A stretch of DNA of 64,000 nucleotides from Octopus vulgaris. Lineage: Eukaryota. Below, piece by piece: positions 1-13,264 of the stretch; position 1 is the first letter of the stretch; each line of letters opens with the position of its first letter. The stretch lies in contig OX597817.1 in assembly GCA_951406725.2 (NCBI GenBank), positions 372,001 to 436,000 of the forward strand, given 5' to 3'. The position numbers and the translations under genes are program-made. A model generated the notes under the pieces. It did no database searches, was not told the origin of the DNA, and saw only the letters and a program-made list of their open reading frames with translations.

Positions 1-67
1 ACATACATACATACATACATACATACATACATACATACATACATACATACATACATACATACATACA

Positions 68-101
<34 letters not shown>

Positions 102-135
102 CATACATACATACATACATACATACATACATACA
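1..135. repeat. (ACAT)n microsatellite
   Basis: Near-perfect tetranucleotide array. Confidence 0.97.
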
Positions 136-260
136 CGACGGGCTTTTCTTAGTTTCTTTCTACCAAATTCACTCACAAAGCATTTGTCGGCTCGGGGCTA
201 TAGTAGAAGACACTCGGCCAAAGCGCCAGACAGTGGGACTGAACCCGATCTCATTTGGTT
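136..260 (-). mobile_element. tRNA-derived SINE family 1, 5' part
   Basis: Reverse complement of GGTTCAGTCCCACTG...GTCTTCTACTATAGCC...GGTAGA..GAAACT. The same sequence recurs at 1850, 24015, 37925, 47090, 48930 and 61640. Confidence 0.8.
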
Positions 261-514
261 GATCATATAGAAAACGCAGAAAGTAGAAAACGGAAAACGA
301 AAATACGAAAACTAAAATGTAGAAAGTAAAAAGTAAAAATAAAGGGAAAGCGCTATCCTTCTTAGACCTTAAATTATAGGGCTGGAAAGATATCAACAAG
401 TCAGTCAGGAATAGGCGGAATTTCTAACTCCTCAATATACGAGGAAGTATATTTATACATATTTGTAAATTTCAGACCTGTAGTTCAGTAGAGAGTTGGG
501 GACCTTACATATGA

Positions 515-1102
515 ACAGGATCTGCGTTCTTTTCGCTTAACAATTTTTGAGAAATCTGCCCCCTATTATAACAATGCCTTAGCCAATAGTGACTTCAAAG
601 ATTCTATCCATTAACATAGGTATGGATTTCCCAATTACTTTTCGTTATGTTTCGTTATCTTTCAAATATCATACGTAGCTAGCCAACTTAGTAGTTTTAC
701 TTTTGTCTTTATGTCAGAAAGAAGCTATGTGATTGGCATAGTGATTTTTAAGTTCACCATAACATAATCCAATATAAGTCTTCTTATCTGTTGTAGTGAC
801 GGTAACTTCTACCTCATATATGATAGATTTAATCGTACATCGTTGGTCAAGTGGACAGGATTCTGGGTCGCCACAGTTGCAACTGGATTTAGGCTCTTGG
901 TATTGACCACGTGTAATGATGCTCTTCATATTGGGACAGCAGCCATATGATAATTTCATAGAATGCCTATTAAATATTTTCCTGTATCCGTGAGTTGCTG
1001 GAAAGTGTTTGTCTAGGAGACAGGAATTTACCTAAGCTAGTTTTTATATTAAGAGAAAAGGAAGGAGCGAACCAAATAATTTTCTTTGGCCTCTTCTTAG
1101 TT
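515..1102 (-). mobile_element. Penelope-like retroelement fragment (RT C-terminus, linker and GIY-YIG endonuclease), internally inverted
   Basis: Minus strand 1102-615 reads KKIIWFAPSFSLNIKTSLGK...KLSYGCCPNM...CNCGDPESCPLDQRC..SIIYEV...KTYIGLC..ELKNHYANHIASF, a PLE-type GIY-YIG region. Plus strand 515-605 reads IFEKSAPYYNNALANSDFK, the segment that normally precedes it. Confidence 0.8.
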
Positions 1103-1322
<220 letters not shown>

Positions 1323-1364
1323 GGGATCTTTGAAGTTTTCGTCACTGCTTACAATTATTCTCTG

Positions 1365-2007
1365 TTACTCTTTTACTTTTTTCAGTCATGTGACTGTGGC
1401 CATGCTGGAGCCTTTAGTCGAGCAAATCGACCCCAGGACTTATTCTTTCTACGCCTAGTACTTATTCTATCGGTTTCTTTTTGCCGAACCGCTATGTTAC
1501 GGGGACGTAAACACACCAGCATAGTTCTCAAGCAATATTGGGAGGACAAACACAGACACACAAACATATACACTTAATCGGCCGAGGTTGCGAGGATGAT
1601 CTGGTTCTTGACTGATGACTATAATTATCATCATCATCTTTATACTAAGAATCACACATTGTTGATTTTTAAAATGTTGTTAGTCTTGTTTACACGCAAA
1701 ACCCTCACAACACACACTCACACATACACGCATTATTTTGTTTTGTCGTTTTTTCTGTCGTCTTCTGGATGTTTCACGTTCTTGTCCCAATTTGTGTTTT
1801 TTTAACGTTTACATATATATATATGTATATATATATATATACATATATACGACGGGCTTCTTTCAGTTTCCGTCTACCAAATCCACTCACAAGGCTTTGG
1901 TCGGCCCGAGGCTATAGTAGAAGACACTTGCCCAAGTTGCCACGCAGTGGGACTGAACCCAGAACCATGTGGTTCGTAAGCAAGCTACTTACCACACAAC
2001 CACTCCT
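1365..2007 (-). mobile_element. SINE family 1 split at its internal microsatellite (3' half 1365-1570, 5' half 1850-2007)
   Basis: Both halves are reverse complements of the two halves of the contiguous copy at 24012-24383. Confidence 0.75.
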
Positions 2008-2889
2008 TAAAAAAAATTGATGTATCATATAGATGTTATTTTTGACGCTGAATCCGAATTTGTTATTCATTTATTTTAGAAAAATTTTACAAAAATCTTG
2101 CAGGTATTCAAACTTTGATAATGTTCGCTGCCTCTTCTATCATCGGGGGTGGATGGGGGTGTGGGGGTGCATCGACATGTCAAAACATTAAACTAGGATT
2201 TTATAAAATAAATTATCCTCGTATCTCCTTCTCCTCCTTGTGAGCATGCGCAGCATCTTTGGTTACTATGGAAACTGTTCTTCGTAATCAGCTATGCAAC
2301 ACGTTGTGCTTCTTTGCTTTAGTTACTATGGAAATAGAAAGTTTTGCCACGGTGATATGTAAAATATTCGCTTCTGATTTGCTAAAATACCCAAATTTTG
2401 TAAATTTTGAAGGCTAATAAATTTTTCATCACGGATTTACAAGGGAAATGAATTTCATTTTCATAATTAGTATACAAAACTTAATTGATAAACCAAATTT
2501 GAAAACAATTGGAACAAAATTGTAGACAGTGACGAAAACCACAAAGATCCTTATTCTGATCAATACAAGAGGGGTTATATATTACTTTATCTTCGATGCC
2601 ACTGGATCTATTATTATTATTATGATGATTATTAGAGGGATTATGTATGAATTTATCTTTGAAGTCACCTATTGGCTAAGGCATTGTTATAATAGGAGTC
2701 AGTTTTCTCGAAAATTTCTTTCAGGCAAGAAAGTTTACACACTCTGTTACTAATATTAGCTATCAGGTTTTTAAATATTACAGGGGAGTGACAAGACTGT
2801 TTATGTATATATGCAAATTTCTCATTAGGCTTATGGAAAGGTTTATATGCGGATGAGTTGAGATCTAGGGAAACAAAGTTTTAATACCA

Positions 2890-3350
2890 TTTTGACACAG
2901 CGATCTCCATTTTGTTCGTTCAAAGGCTGTTCACTCAAAGGTGTTGTAAGCTATCTCCAGCTCTAAGAGGTTACTCTTCAGCTTGTCCTTATATCTGAGC
3001 TATGGTCGACCAACATTCCTGTGCCCACTATTGAGCTGGCTGTACATGAGGACTTTGGGTATTCTTTCGTCACTCATTCTGACGACATGGCCAGCCCAGC
3101 GCAATTGTGATTGTATAAGGAAGCTCTCAATTCCACCAATCTTACACTTGCTAAACAAATCGGCATTCGAAACTGTTTTTTAGTGAACAACCGGAGATTG
3201 TCCTCAGACAGTCTTTGTGGAAGATGTCTAGTTGGTTAATGAGTCGTCTATAGGGTATCCACGATTCTGAGCCATACAAGAGAGTAGTAAGAATGGCTTC
3301 TTTATAGACCTGTACTTTGGGGTCAAGTTTGATGCCCCTTTCATTTCATA
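2890..3350 (-). mobile_element. RTE-clade LINE, degenerate 3' end of ORF
   Basis: Minus translation IESFLIQSQLRWAGHVVRMSDERIPKVLMYSQLNSGHRNVGRP..RYKDKLK is a typical RTE/BovB C-terminus. Confidence 0.8.
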
Positions 3351-3674
3351 GGCGAAAAGAACGCAGAAAATAATTTTAGTATTTTCAAGCTTCATTCATG
3401 AAAATTTTGTTTTGTCAAATGTTATTTATAGATATGTCAAAATTAGATCCGGATTTGAGGCGTTGGCCTCAACCCTACACTCAAACGATTGCCCAGAGAA
3501 TTGACTAAAGCTGCCTTGTACTCTCATGCTCAACTACAGTGTCATCAGTAACCTTTTCCCCCAATATCTCCTCGCCCTCATTACAACCACTTAGAGACTT
3601 CTTTGGTTTATCATAATACATACCTGCTCCTCCTGGTTAGGGCAGAAGGGCAAAACAACCAGTTCGATTAGTAA

Positions 3675-3702
3675 TACATACATACATACAATACATACAT
3701 AC

Positions 3703-3733
<31 letters not shown>

Positions 3734-3790
3734 CATACATACATACATACATACATACATACATACATACATACATACTTACATACATAC
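3675..3790. repeat. (CATA)n microsatellite
   Basis: Direct observation. Confidence 0.95.
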
Positions 3791-5469
3791 TTTGTTAAAT
3801 AATCATAATAGCATATTTTTATTGCTCTCCACTGCTGTCAAATGTCTGCACTTCCACAATAACTAGTCGAGCATATTTGTGTACGTGCGACAGGTTGTTG
3901 GAATGATGGTGGTAGTTACGGGACAGTGGTGGTGGTGGTGGTGGTGGTGTGAAAAGGTGATAAAGGAGTGGCTGCATTAATAATGTGTTTTGATTGAGAA
4001 AAGTTGTGGCGGTGTTGGCATGGGCAGTTGGGTCTCTAGTAGTAATTTTTCTTTTACAGAAGTCGTAATTTAACACTAGGCCAGTTCCTATTAAACAGAA
4101 CTGATCAAAGACGTTTTAGCTACGACCATACATTTTTTTTGGTGGGGGGGGGGATTTGTATTTAGGATAAGAGTATCTTTATTTAAGACAGTGAGGGTAC
4201 GATTTGAGGGAGATTTGGTTACTACTTTAGCAGGTCAAGCGACGTATATAGGCTTCCTATTTGGTTTGTGAGACTTTGATGTAAAGCTGTAGGTGATGTT
4301 TAAACTCAAGTTGGCTCGAATCAAACAGACCCATTACCACAGATAATCTAGCCATGACTGTCCTGTCTTTTAATTTTTTTCCAGATAAAGTATATTCAAG
4401 ACATTATCCAATGTATCCGTTCTTTTTAAGATTTGTATGGTTAGCTACTATTTCTAGATAGTCATTTCTCTTTGTCCTACATTGCTGCTGTTTTTGTTGT
4501 TGCTGATGGCGTTAATATTGGGTGGGGGGGATAAGAAACCTTTAGACGTGTTAAGGCCCAGTTTAGAACCTAATTGAGTAAACTTATGGTCAAAGATATT
4601 CATTTTTTAGTGCCCGCTCTTTTATTTAGAATTACGTAGGACTAGATTTACCAGTTAAGACAATGCCGCAGTGGTGCCCAGTATTTCAAGAATAGGATCC
4701 GCAGAAGGGACCCTTTTATTAAAATGAATTGTCCCACGGGCCTAAGGTCAGTCTACTCAACTAATTTTGAAGTCAACTAAAGGACCTTCCAATATTACCT
4801 TTACAGAACCCAAGGGATCCGCCTACTCCAAGTTGGAAACCGCTGTTATAGGGCATATACTTAGTGGGAATTTGGTTACTGTTTTTTGAAAGTCGAGCAT
4901 CGGTGGTGGCGATATTACCTTTATTTGGCGTTATTACTTTTAGTAGCGGTGGTGGTGAGACTTTGTAAACATTGCTGTCGGTAACGGCGTTGGTTGTGCA
5001 AATAGTTATAGTGGCTGTTTTCAATTGAAGCCAGCCAATCATTTGCTTTGAAATAATGTTACCGGATTTTCCCAATGTTTTCACATATAACCACATTCTT
5101 TATATTTCTTTTTTTTTTCTCTGTTTCTTTACACCCTTTCCTCGGTCATATATACACCTTTCATTCGATTATACTTTTTTCGAACACAAACCTGTACAGG
5201 TGAGTACTAATTTTCTTTCCTCTTTTTCTCGAAAATATTCATTAAGCTAGAAAGTATTGAATATATACGAGATATCAGTTTTATTAGTATGTGAGAGTGC
5301 AGCACACGCCACTAAAATATTTCTGGGGTACAAATATATGAAATCCATGATACTCATCGTGACTACCCGACTGAAATTTCCATCACAACCACATTTGGGC
5401 AACATGATGCCCTTATATCAAGATAAACAGCGCACGACCTTGTAAATGTGGCCCGTATTATTATTGTTT

Positions 5470-5620
5470 TTAAGTTCCGCCGAGGTCGACTTTGCCTTTC
5501 ATCTTTTCGAGGTAGATAAATTAGGTAAGAATGAAACGCTGGGGTCGGTGTAATTGACAAGTCCCCTCCCCACAAAAATTTTAGGCCCTTAGTAGCCCTT
5601 AGTAGAAAAGATTATTATTG
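5470..5620 (+). mobile_element. SINE family 2 fragment (GTCGACTTTGCCTTTCATCC core)
   Basis: Shares the core with copies at 9700-9900, 22925-23073, 46835-47055 (-), 47937-48157 and 52610-52760 (-). Confidence 0.7.
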
Positions 5621-6000
5621 AAACACAGCTTAGGTTTGGTCTTATCCCTGGTAAAATTTATATAGGTAGCGGGTTACTACTTGTAAACTTAGGTATCCAC
5701 ACGCTTTCGGCAGTCTTTCAAGTGCTTAGAACCCGCCTGATAATACTTGCTGTCCTTAAGAGGCAAATTTCTGTAGGAGCCCTACAGGGCATTCTATTTC
5801 AATCTTCGGCCAGTTGTCTACATCAATTATTATTATTACTATTGGCAGTTTTAATTGTTACTTATATTTTGTTGTTATCCTGCTTTTGTATACGGACTTT
5901 TTTCAAACGGACAAAACCCTTTGTAACTTTCGTCCAGTGTTTTGTTCCTTTATGTTTTAATTGATTTTTGTTAGCCCTTGTGGCCAATAAATGAATTAAT

Positions 6001-6002
6001 TA

Positions 6003-6060
<58 letters not shown>
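6001..6060. repeat. (TTA)n microsatellite
   Basis: Direct observation. Confidence 0.95.
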
Positions 6061-6061
<1 letters not shown>

Positions 6062-6554
6062 GTTTCGATAATATAGGTATTAATAATTTTCCAATGTTGA
6101 TTAGTGAAGCTAACTCACAGACCCATATCCTTAAATATAGCGCCTTAGTTAGAAACCATCGTTACTATGATTAATTAGCAGAATTGGGAGGACAACGTAA
6201 AAAGATGTCTTACGGTATTTACCTTTTGAGTCGAAAACCCGACAGCATCATCTTAGCATTTCAACCGTTCGGGATCGATATAATAAAGTACCAGTAAAGT
6301 ACTGAGGTCAATAGAATCAACTAACGTCCTTCACACAAAATTACTAGCCTTGTGGCAAATTTTGAGATCATTATAATTATCATCATCATCTTTATACTAA
6401 GAATCACACATTGTTGATTTTTAAAATGTTGTTAGTCTTGTTTACACGCAAAACCCTCACAACACACACTCACACATACACGCATTATTTTGTTTTGTCG
6501 TGTGCTGTCCATAATGCTTTTCTTAATGTAAACCTCTGTGGTTAATAAAGAAAT

Positions 6555-6555
6555 T

Positions 6556-6641
<86 letters not shown>

Positions 6642-6645
6642 TATT
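6555..6645. repeat. (ATC)n microsatellite
   Basis: Direct observation. Confidence 0.95.
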
Positions 6646-8572
6646 ATGTTTGTCTTTTGCTTTTTATTTGTACAAGTTGACTCCAAGTCTCACCCAGAGA
6701 CCTCAAGAGACAACAAGTTAGAAGTTCATGCTGATGTTATACCTAGGGTGTCATATATTTGGTTTTGCACATAGTATTGTTCTAGAGAATGTTTAAGAAA
6801 ACATAAGAAAATTATGTTTGTTTTAAAATTTGAGATTACATAGACAGAATTTTACGTAGGATGTGGGCAATTCCCATGAGCACTATCTTTTGAATGTCTA
6901 CCATGGTGGAGTTTCCTGGTATCTGAGCTAGATCGGAATCAGCCCCTTTTGCTATCTTTCCTAGGGCATCTATGACAACAGGTATTGCTTTAGTCTTGAG
7001 GTTCCACATTTTGCCAGTTTCTATTTCAAGATCTTTGTACTTGCTCAGTTTTTGTTAGGTCTTGACAGATACATTTATGTCGATTGGGACAGTCATATCA
7101 GTGAGGAGGTATGATTTTTGTCTGAAGTCTTTCAGTATAATGTCTGGCCTATTCGCATCTATCTGTCAGTTTGAACAGTGAAGTGCCAGAAGAGTGAGAT
7201 GTAATTATTTTCAAGCACTGGAGGTGGTTTGTATTCCTACCAGTTTTTATCATGGGGCAGGTCCAGGCTTTTGCAAATTATCCAGTGAATATATTGTACT
7301 GCTCTATCATGCCTGTTGAGATGCTCTGTAGGTGCAAGAATGCACATGGAGGCAACATGATCAATGGTTTCATTTTGTTGCTTACATACACGACATGTTG
7401 AGCTACTGCCGTTCTTTAATATGTTGGCCTGGTAGTTCCTTGTAGGTAGGCATTGATCTTGGGCTTCTACGATAAACCCTTCTGTTTCTGATTGTAAGCC
7501 AGAAGACACTAACTATTGACGAGTAAGGGCTTTCTCAACATCGGCACTATTAGCTCTCTTCGAGTATTTGCCATTGAGGGGTTTTTCTTGTCATTTATCA
7601 GTAAGAATATCTAAGGCAGCAGTTTTAGCTCGGGTTTTCATGTGCTTAGCTTTTACTGTGCTTGTTTCCAGTACGTCTAATTCTGGGATTTGCTGTATTT
7701 GGAATTCACTTAGGTATTCCTTTGCCTGTTTTGTTACTGAATATGATGCTTTCATGCTTTAAGACAAGTTTTAACATCCAGTGATTTTTGAGGTAGGTGT
7801 CTAGGCCAATTGTGGCAATCTTCATTGTGAATTCCAGCTGTAAACGTCAACGGCTACCCTCTTTTCTTGGCAAGTAAAGACGTTCTATATCTGCCTTGGG
7901 GGGGGGGGCATTCTATGCATTGTCAACAATTTTCGTATTTTTCTGTCAAGATTACATATTTCGGTAATTGACCAGTTAATGACATTGAAACTGTAAATCA
8001 CGACTGGTATGGCTAAAGTATTGATCTCTTCGATCCTGTTTCTTGCATTTGACTATGTCTTGAGTATTGCCTTTACCCTTCGAAAACATTCTCTTCTGAT
8101 ACTTTCCTGTATCACTGAATGTTTAATTCCATCACCTTCAAATACCCCTAGGTATTTGTAGCTCCCCTCTGGTTCTAACTCTTTTATGACATTCTGCTGG
8201 TCAAGATTTACGTTTGATGTTTCTGTCATTTTTCCTTTGATAAAGGTAGCGTTTGCACATTTATTGAGGCCAAATTGCATGCTGATGTCATCACTTAATT
8301 GTTTAATAATCGCTAGTAAGCCCTGTAGTTGTTGGTCATTTTTGGTGAAGAGCTTTAAATCATTCAGATAAATGAGATGATTTATATTTTTATCAAACAT
8401 TTTATAGCCGTATTGTACGTTATTGAGCAATTTCGAGAGAAGTATTAAGGCTAGACAAAAGGGGAGTGGTGATAGAGTCACACTGGAAAATGCCACATGA
8501 AATTTTTACATCTCCAGCATTGAGAGATTCACTGTCACTGTTCAAAGTTAGTGTGGTTCTCCATAATCTCAT
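6646..8572 (-). mobile_element. R4/Dong-like non-LTR retrotransposon with restriction-like endonuclease, 5'-truncated and frameshifted
   Basis: RT motifs GIFQ.DS/LSPLPFCLA, HLIYLNDLKLF (YMDD-like) and YKYLG. Zinc knuckle CRVCKQQNETIDHVASMC...RHD. RLE motifs IDANRPDIILKD, KLSKYKDLEIE and IPVVIDALG. Confidence 0.8.
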
Positions 8573-8699
8573 ATTTTAAAATGCCGATTTTTGCCAATTT
8601 CTTTGCAGATTCGTATTCTCCGTAGCCGAAAACAGGGTTTGTGTAGAAAAAAAATTAATTTTAAAAAGGGGGTGTTTTGGGGGGAAGGGATACAAAAGG

Positions 8700-9625
8700 A
8701 AGTCTTGCCTAGTTCATTAAGAGATCATAATACATCATATCCCAATCCATATGGTCTGTTTCCATTATATTTTTTATTTGTGTAAACATTGAAGTTTACA
8801 TAATATCCAGTGTCTGATTCACAAACTTCCCATACCTTGATCCCCTATTTAATGGGTTTGGCAGGCATGTACTGCCAAAAATGTACCTCTGCCCTAATAG
8901 CCAATCATGGCTTGATCTTCATGGGATTTTTACCCATATAGATACAGTTTTATAACTATTAAGGAGTAAATCAATTACAGGACTACTTTGTACAGGGGAT
9001 CGTAGTTTGGGTTGTTTTTGCTGGGGGGGGGGGGGGCATTAGCAGAATCAATTAAATGTAAATACTGAAATATTTTCGAATACCTCGTCTTCGACATTAT
9101 ACTTAAGATATACGGATCACCATACCTTATATCAGGACTACAGTAGTTCCACAGTCAAGGAAGTTGATTAACACCAAATATAATATTGATTTTGAAAAAC
9201 GTTCTCATTTCCGCAGTATAAGTTGGCTGCCATAGTGGATCGTTTCTTCTGCGATTAGAAATTATACGTTGCGTATATTTGTTTGTTTCCTCTGTAACAT
9301 TTTCAAAAAAAAACTTCCGGTAAAAATAAGAATAGATAGTCCAATGGTTGCGCATCAGAAGGTAAATTGTGTTGTGGACCAGAGTTTTCTGTGAAATCAG
9401 GAATAGTGATTGGTGTTTGACCATGTCGCCATGTTTACGATATCATTTTCATCATTTTCAATTTTATCACTTTTGTTCTCAAAATCTTCCTCGTCCGACG
9501 AATATTCACTAATATCAATATCAGATTCGTCCAAAGACAGAATACTCTTGTTTTCATTTATGTTTTCTGTATTGTCAAGAGTAAAACCTTCAAAGTCGAA
9601 ATCACTACTTGCTGATGCCATTTCA
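8700..9625 (-). mobile_element. piggyBac-like transposase relic
   Basis: Acidic N-terminus (ORF 9397-9621), EETNKY...W.PT..AEMRTF...IIFGVNQLP, and DQAMI...QYMPAKPIK*GIKVWEVCESDTGYY. Contains stops and frameshifts. Confidence 0.8.
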
Positions 9626-10599
9626 TTAAAAACTAAGATACAGACTTATCTTCAAACGCTGCTGCTACTACTACTGTTATTATTATTATTATCATTATTA
9701 CGAAGGCGGTGGGGTAGCAGAATCGATAATATGCCGGACAAACTTCTTAGTGGTATCTCATCCGGCTTTACGTTGTGAGATCAAATTCAGTCAATTTTGC
9801 CTATCATCCCTCCAAAGTCGAAAAAATAAAGTATCAGTCAAGGACTGGTGTCTATATAATCAACTTGCTCCTCAAAATTGCTGGCCTTATGCTAAAATTG
9901 GAAAGAATTGTCTCCAACAAGATGGTGGCAAGCTGGCAGAATGGTTAGCGCATCTGACAAAACACTTGGTGGCATTTCTTCCAACTCTATGATCTGAGTT
10001 CAAATAGTGATATACTGCTACATTTCGAAATCAATGAATTCAACTTGCCCCTTCCTTTAAAATTCTTGGCCTTGTGCCAAAATTTGAAAAATTATTATTA
10101 CCAACAAAACCCATGGAAATTTTATTCTAAAGTCCTTATTTTTACTTTGATGAATAAGTTTATTGATTTTTCATAATATTGTTGCGAAATGTTAGAATTC
10201 AAGTATGTATGCACTTTCGTTCTACAGTTAAAGTTGTTTAAAACATAACACTTCAGTTGAATAAGATCATGGAAAGCTTGAAAATATTATATAAGACTAT
10301 ATGATGCAGGATGGCAGAATTGGTAAGGTGATGGAGTAAAATTTAAAATACATCACAATGTTCTCATAACACAGGAGGCGTTGGAAGTTCCTGGTTTTAT
10401 CAATGTCATGTTACACCGGTGAAAGTCTTCTTGGGCTAATAGGTGGGGGTAGTACAGTGCATGCTACACCCACTGAAAATTATTCATCTGCACAGGCACT
10501 TCCTATACACCAAATCTTAGTAAAATCATTGATTTGGTTGGTTGGCAGAAACCTAAAAATGCACTTATAATTTACTCTAAAATGTTTCAAACAGATTCA

Positions 10600-12203
10600 G
10601 TAAATGGCAAAAAAAAAGGCTTGGGAATGTCAGGGGAAAATGTCAGGCTCAGCAGGTGTCCCAGTGTATCATAAGGCTGGGCCTGGTCATCATCCTGCCA
10701 CTGTGGTCGAACAATCTTCATGTAAAAGTAAAAATAAATATCCTTTGCTTTTTGGCTGTTGGAATGTGCACACACTTCTTGGTGATAATTTCAACGAGAG
10801 GCCAGAAAGACATACTGCATTACTGCATATGAGCTTAAGAAATATTTGCTTGATATAGTTGCGCTCTCTGAAACTTGTCTCTCTGGTGAGAGTCAAGTAA
10901 ATGAACCTACTTATGGATATACTATCTTTTGGAGAGGCCTACCTGAGGGTCAGCGTAGAGAATCTGGTGTTGGATTTGCTCTCAAGAATTCATTAATATC
11001 CTCCATTGCAGAGCTTCCAAGTGGTATATCTGAATCAACCATATCATGCTGTATTCAACTGACAAAAGGTAGGTTTCTTACCATTGTCAGCATTTATGCA
11101 CCAACGATGCCCCATTCTGATGAAACGGTAGGACAGTTTTATGATGATCTAGCACAATTTTTGAAGAAAGTACCAATTTCTGACAAGCTGGTCATATTGG
11201 GAGATTTCAACGCAAGAGATGGAAAGGACAATGTTTCATGGCCTGTTTCAGGTTGACATGGGATTGGAAAATGTAATAAAAATGGAGTAGCTCTTTGATG
11301 AGAATAATCTGGTTGTCACCAACACTCTGTTTAAGCCAAAAAATAAATATACAACCACCTGGATGCACCCAAGATCTAAGCACTGGCAACTCATAGATTA
11401 CATTTTGAACAGAAAGCGTGATATGATGGACATTTCTAGCTTTTGGGCCATGAGAGGAGCAGAGAGCTAGACCGAACGTTGTCTAGTGTGGGGGAAAATA
11501 AATTTTTCGATAATGCCTAAAAATCAACAGTCTGGTCTTAAGGTACCCAAAAAGTTAAATGTTGCAAACTTTAAATTATCAAGCAACTTGCAAAGATTCC
11601 ATGACGCTATAGAAAGTTTCAATCTTGTCCTAAACAACCTATGGGAAGATTTGAAAACAAAGGTGTTTCAGGCTGCAAGTTTGTCAGTGGGATTTAAATC
11701 ATGTAAGACCAGTGACTGGTTCTTAGATAGATCAACAGAAATTCATGATCTAGTTTTAGAAAAAACAAAACTTAGGCAATACACTTTTTTCTCAGTCCTT
11801 GAACCCCTACTCAAACAAAGCTTACAGAAAGCTGAAAGGGAAAGTGCAGGCTCCTCTAAGGAAAATTAAGCAGGAATGGTGGAATGATAGAGCAAAAGGG
11901 GCACAAGAAGCAGCTGATAGAAATGATGCCAAGGGTTTGTACTCTTATGTTAAAGAGGTATATGGCCCAAAATCTTCTTCAATAGCTCCAGTGAGAACAG
12001 CAAATGGATGTTTGCTTCTAACTGATACTGCTTCTATTTATAAGCACTGGGTAGAACATTTTTCTGTGCTTTTGAATAGACCATCATCCACTGACATGAG
12101 AATGAGAGGAAAAATCGAACACCTTCCAGAAGAGATGGCATTTAAACCAACTCTAAATGACAATTATTTAGCTGTGAATAAGCTAAATAAGAATTTTTTA
12201 TGA
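10600..12203 (+). mobile_element. RTE-clade LINE, degenerate 5' part (AP endonuclease and linker)
   Basis: FGCWNVHTL, DIVALSET, RESGVGFA, IVSIYAPT, VILGDFNAR and TWMHPRSKHWQLIDYIL are spread over several broken frames. Confidence 0.85.
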
Positions 12204-12300
12204 AATGTAGTTCTGCATGAAAAACATTAGTATAATATCAGCAAATTAACAATTTAAAAACTAAATAAATAAATAAAATAAAATTTAAATATATATATAT

Positions 12301-13264
12301 ATATAAACCAGCTTAGAGAAGAAGAAACCAAACCAAACCAAACGAATCGAATCGAATCGACGCGAGGGCGCTCAGTCATACAATAGTGTAATAAATAAGA
12401 TATATGCATACATACAAACATATATGTACGTACCTACATCTACATGTATATATACATGCATATATAAATATATATACGTGTGTACAGGACACCACAAATA
12501 GACGTAGAACTCAACGAGAAACGAAAACGTAAAAACAGCATGGAACGGACCATTCCTTTAACAACAAAAAAAACAGAGTACAAGACAACTACACAAGGAA
12601 AAATCCCCTTCATCAGCCGTCCCTAGTTCAACTCCAGCGTGTTTCGAAGGTGAGGACAGAACACGTCTCGTCGAACTAATCCTTCCTGCGAAAGAATTAA
12701 ATAAAATTCCTTTGCAGAGGGGTAAAAACAAGGAAAAAATGTGACAAAAACAGGACGTAAAAACAATACAATTAAAAACAAATACAAAATAAAAATACAA
12801 TTACAAGAAATACAGTACAAGAAGGAATAGAAACAGGACAGGAAAACAAATAAAGAGAGCCTATAAGCCTAGACGAGGAAAAAAATTTTTTTTTTTCACG
12901 AGCGCAGGAAGAAACATGTTTACTTGAATAAGGCCACCGGCGAAAGGAAGTTCGTAGACCCGGCTATGAGAGAGATGAGGAGGAGTGAGAGAGAGAGAGA
13001 TAGGGAGGAAGGAAGCAAAAGAGGGTAAAAGAAAGAGAGAGAGAAGAAGGAGTTGTGGAGTTTCGCGTCATAATTATATATAAAAACCAGCTTAGAGAAG
13101 AAGAAGAAACGAAACCAAACCAAACGAATCGAATCGACGCGAAGGCGCTCAGTCATACAATAGTGTAATAAATAAAATATATGCATACATACAAACATAT
13201 ATGTACGTACCTACATCTACATGTATATATACATGTATATATAAATATATATACGTGTGTACAG
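12301..13264 (-). mobile_element. Non-coding HHR-bearing repeat family A: one ~779-bp unit plus a partial tandem unit
   Basis: AACCAGCTTAGAGAAGAAG...GTGTACAG begins at 12306 and again at 13085. The array is flanked by (TA)n, and an inverted homolog lies at 19815-20435. Confidence 0.8.
12605..12679 (-). ncRNA. Candidate hammerhead ribozyme with permuted strand order (family A copy 1)
   Basis: Minus strand: CGTGT-T-CTGTCCT..CCTTC-GAA-ACACG...GGGACGG-CTGATGA-AGGGG. Stems I and III are complementary; stem II is short. Confidence 0.6.

Noticed and set aside
4669-4844. Second hAT MITE (CAGTGGTGCCCA ... GTTGGAAACCGCTG)
   Set aside because: The TIRs are degenerate and there is no recognisable 8-bp TSD; too weak to call.
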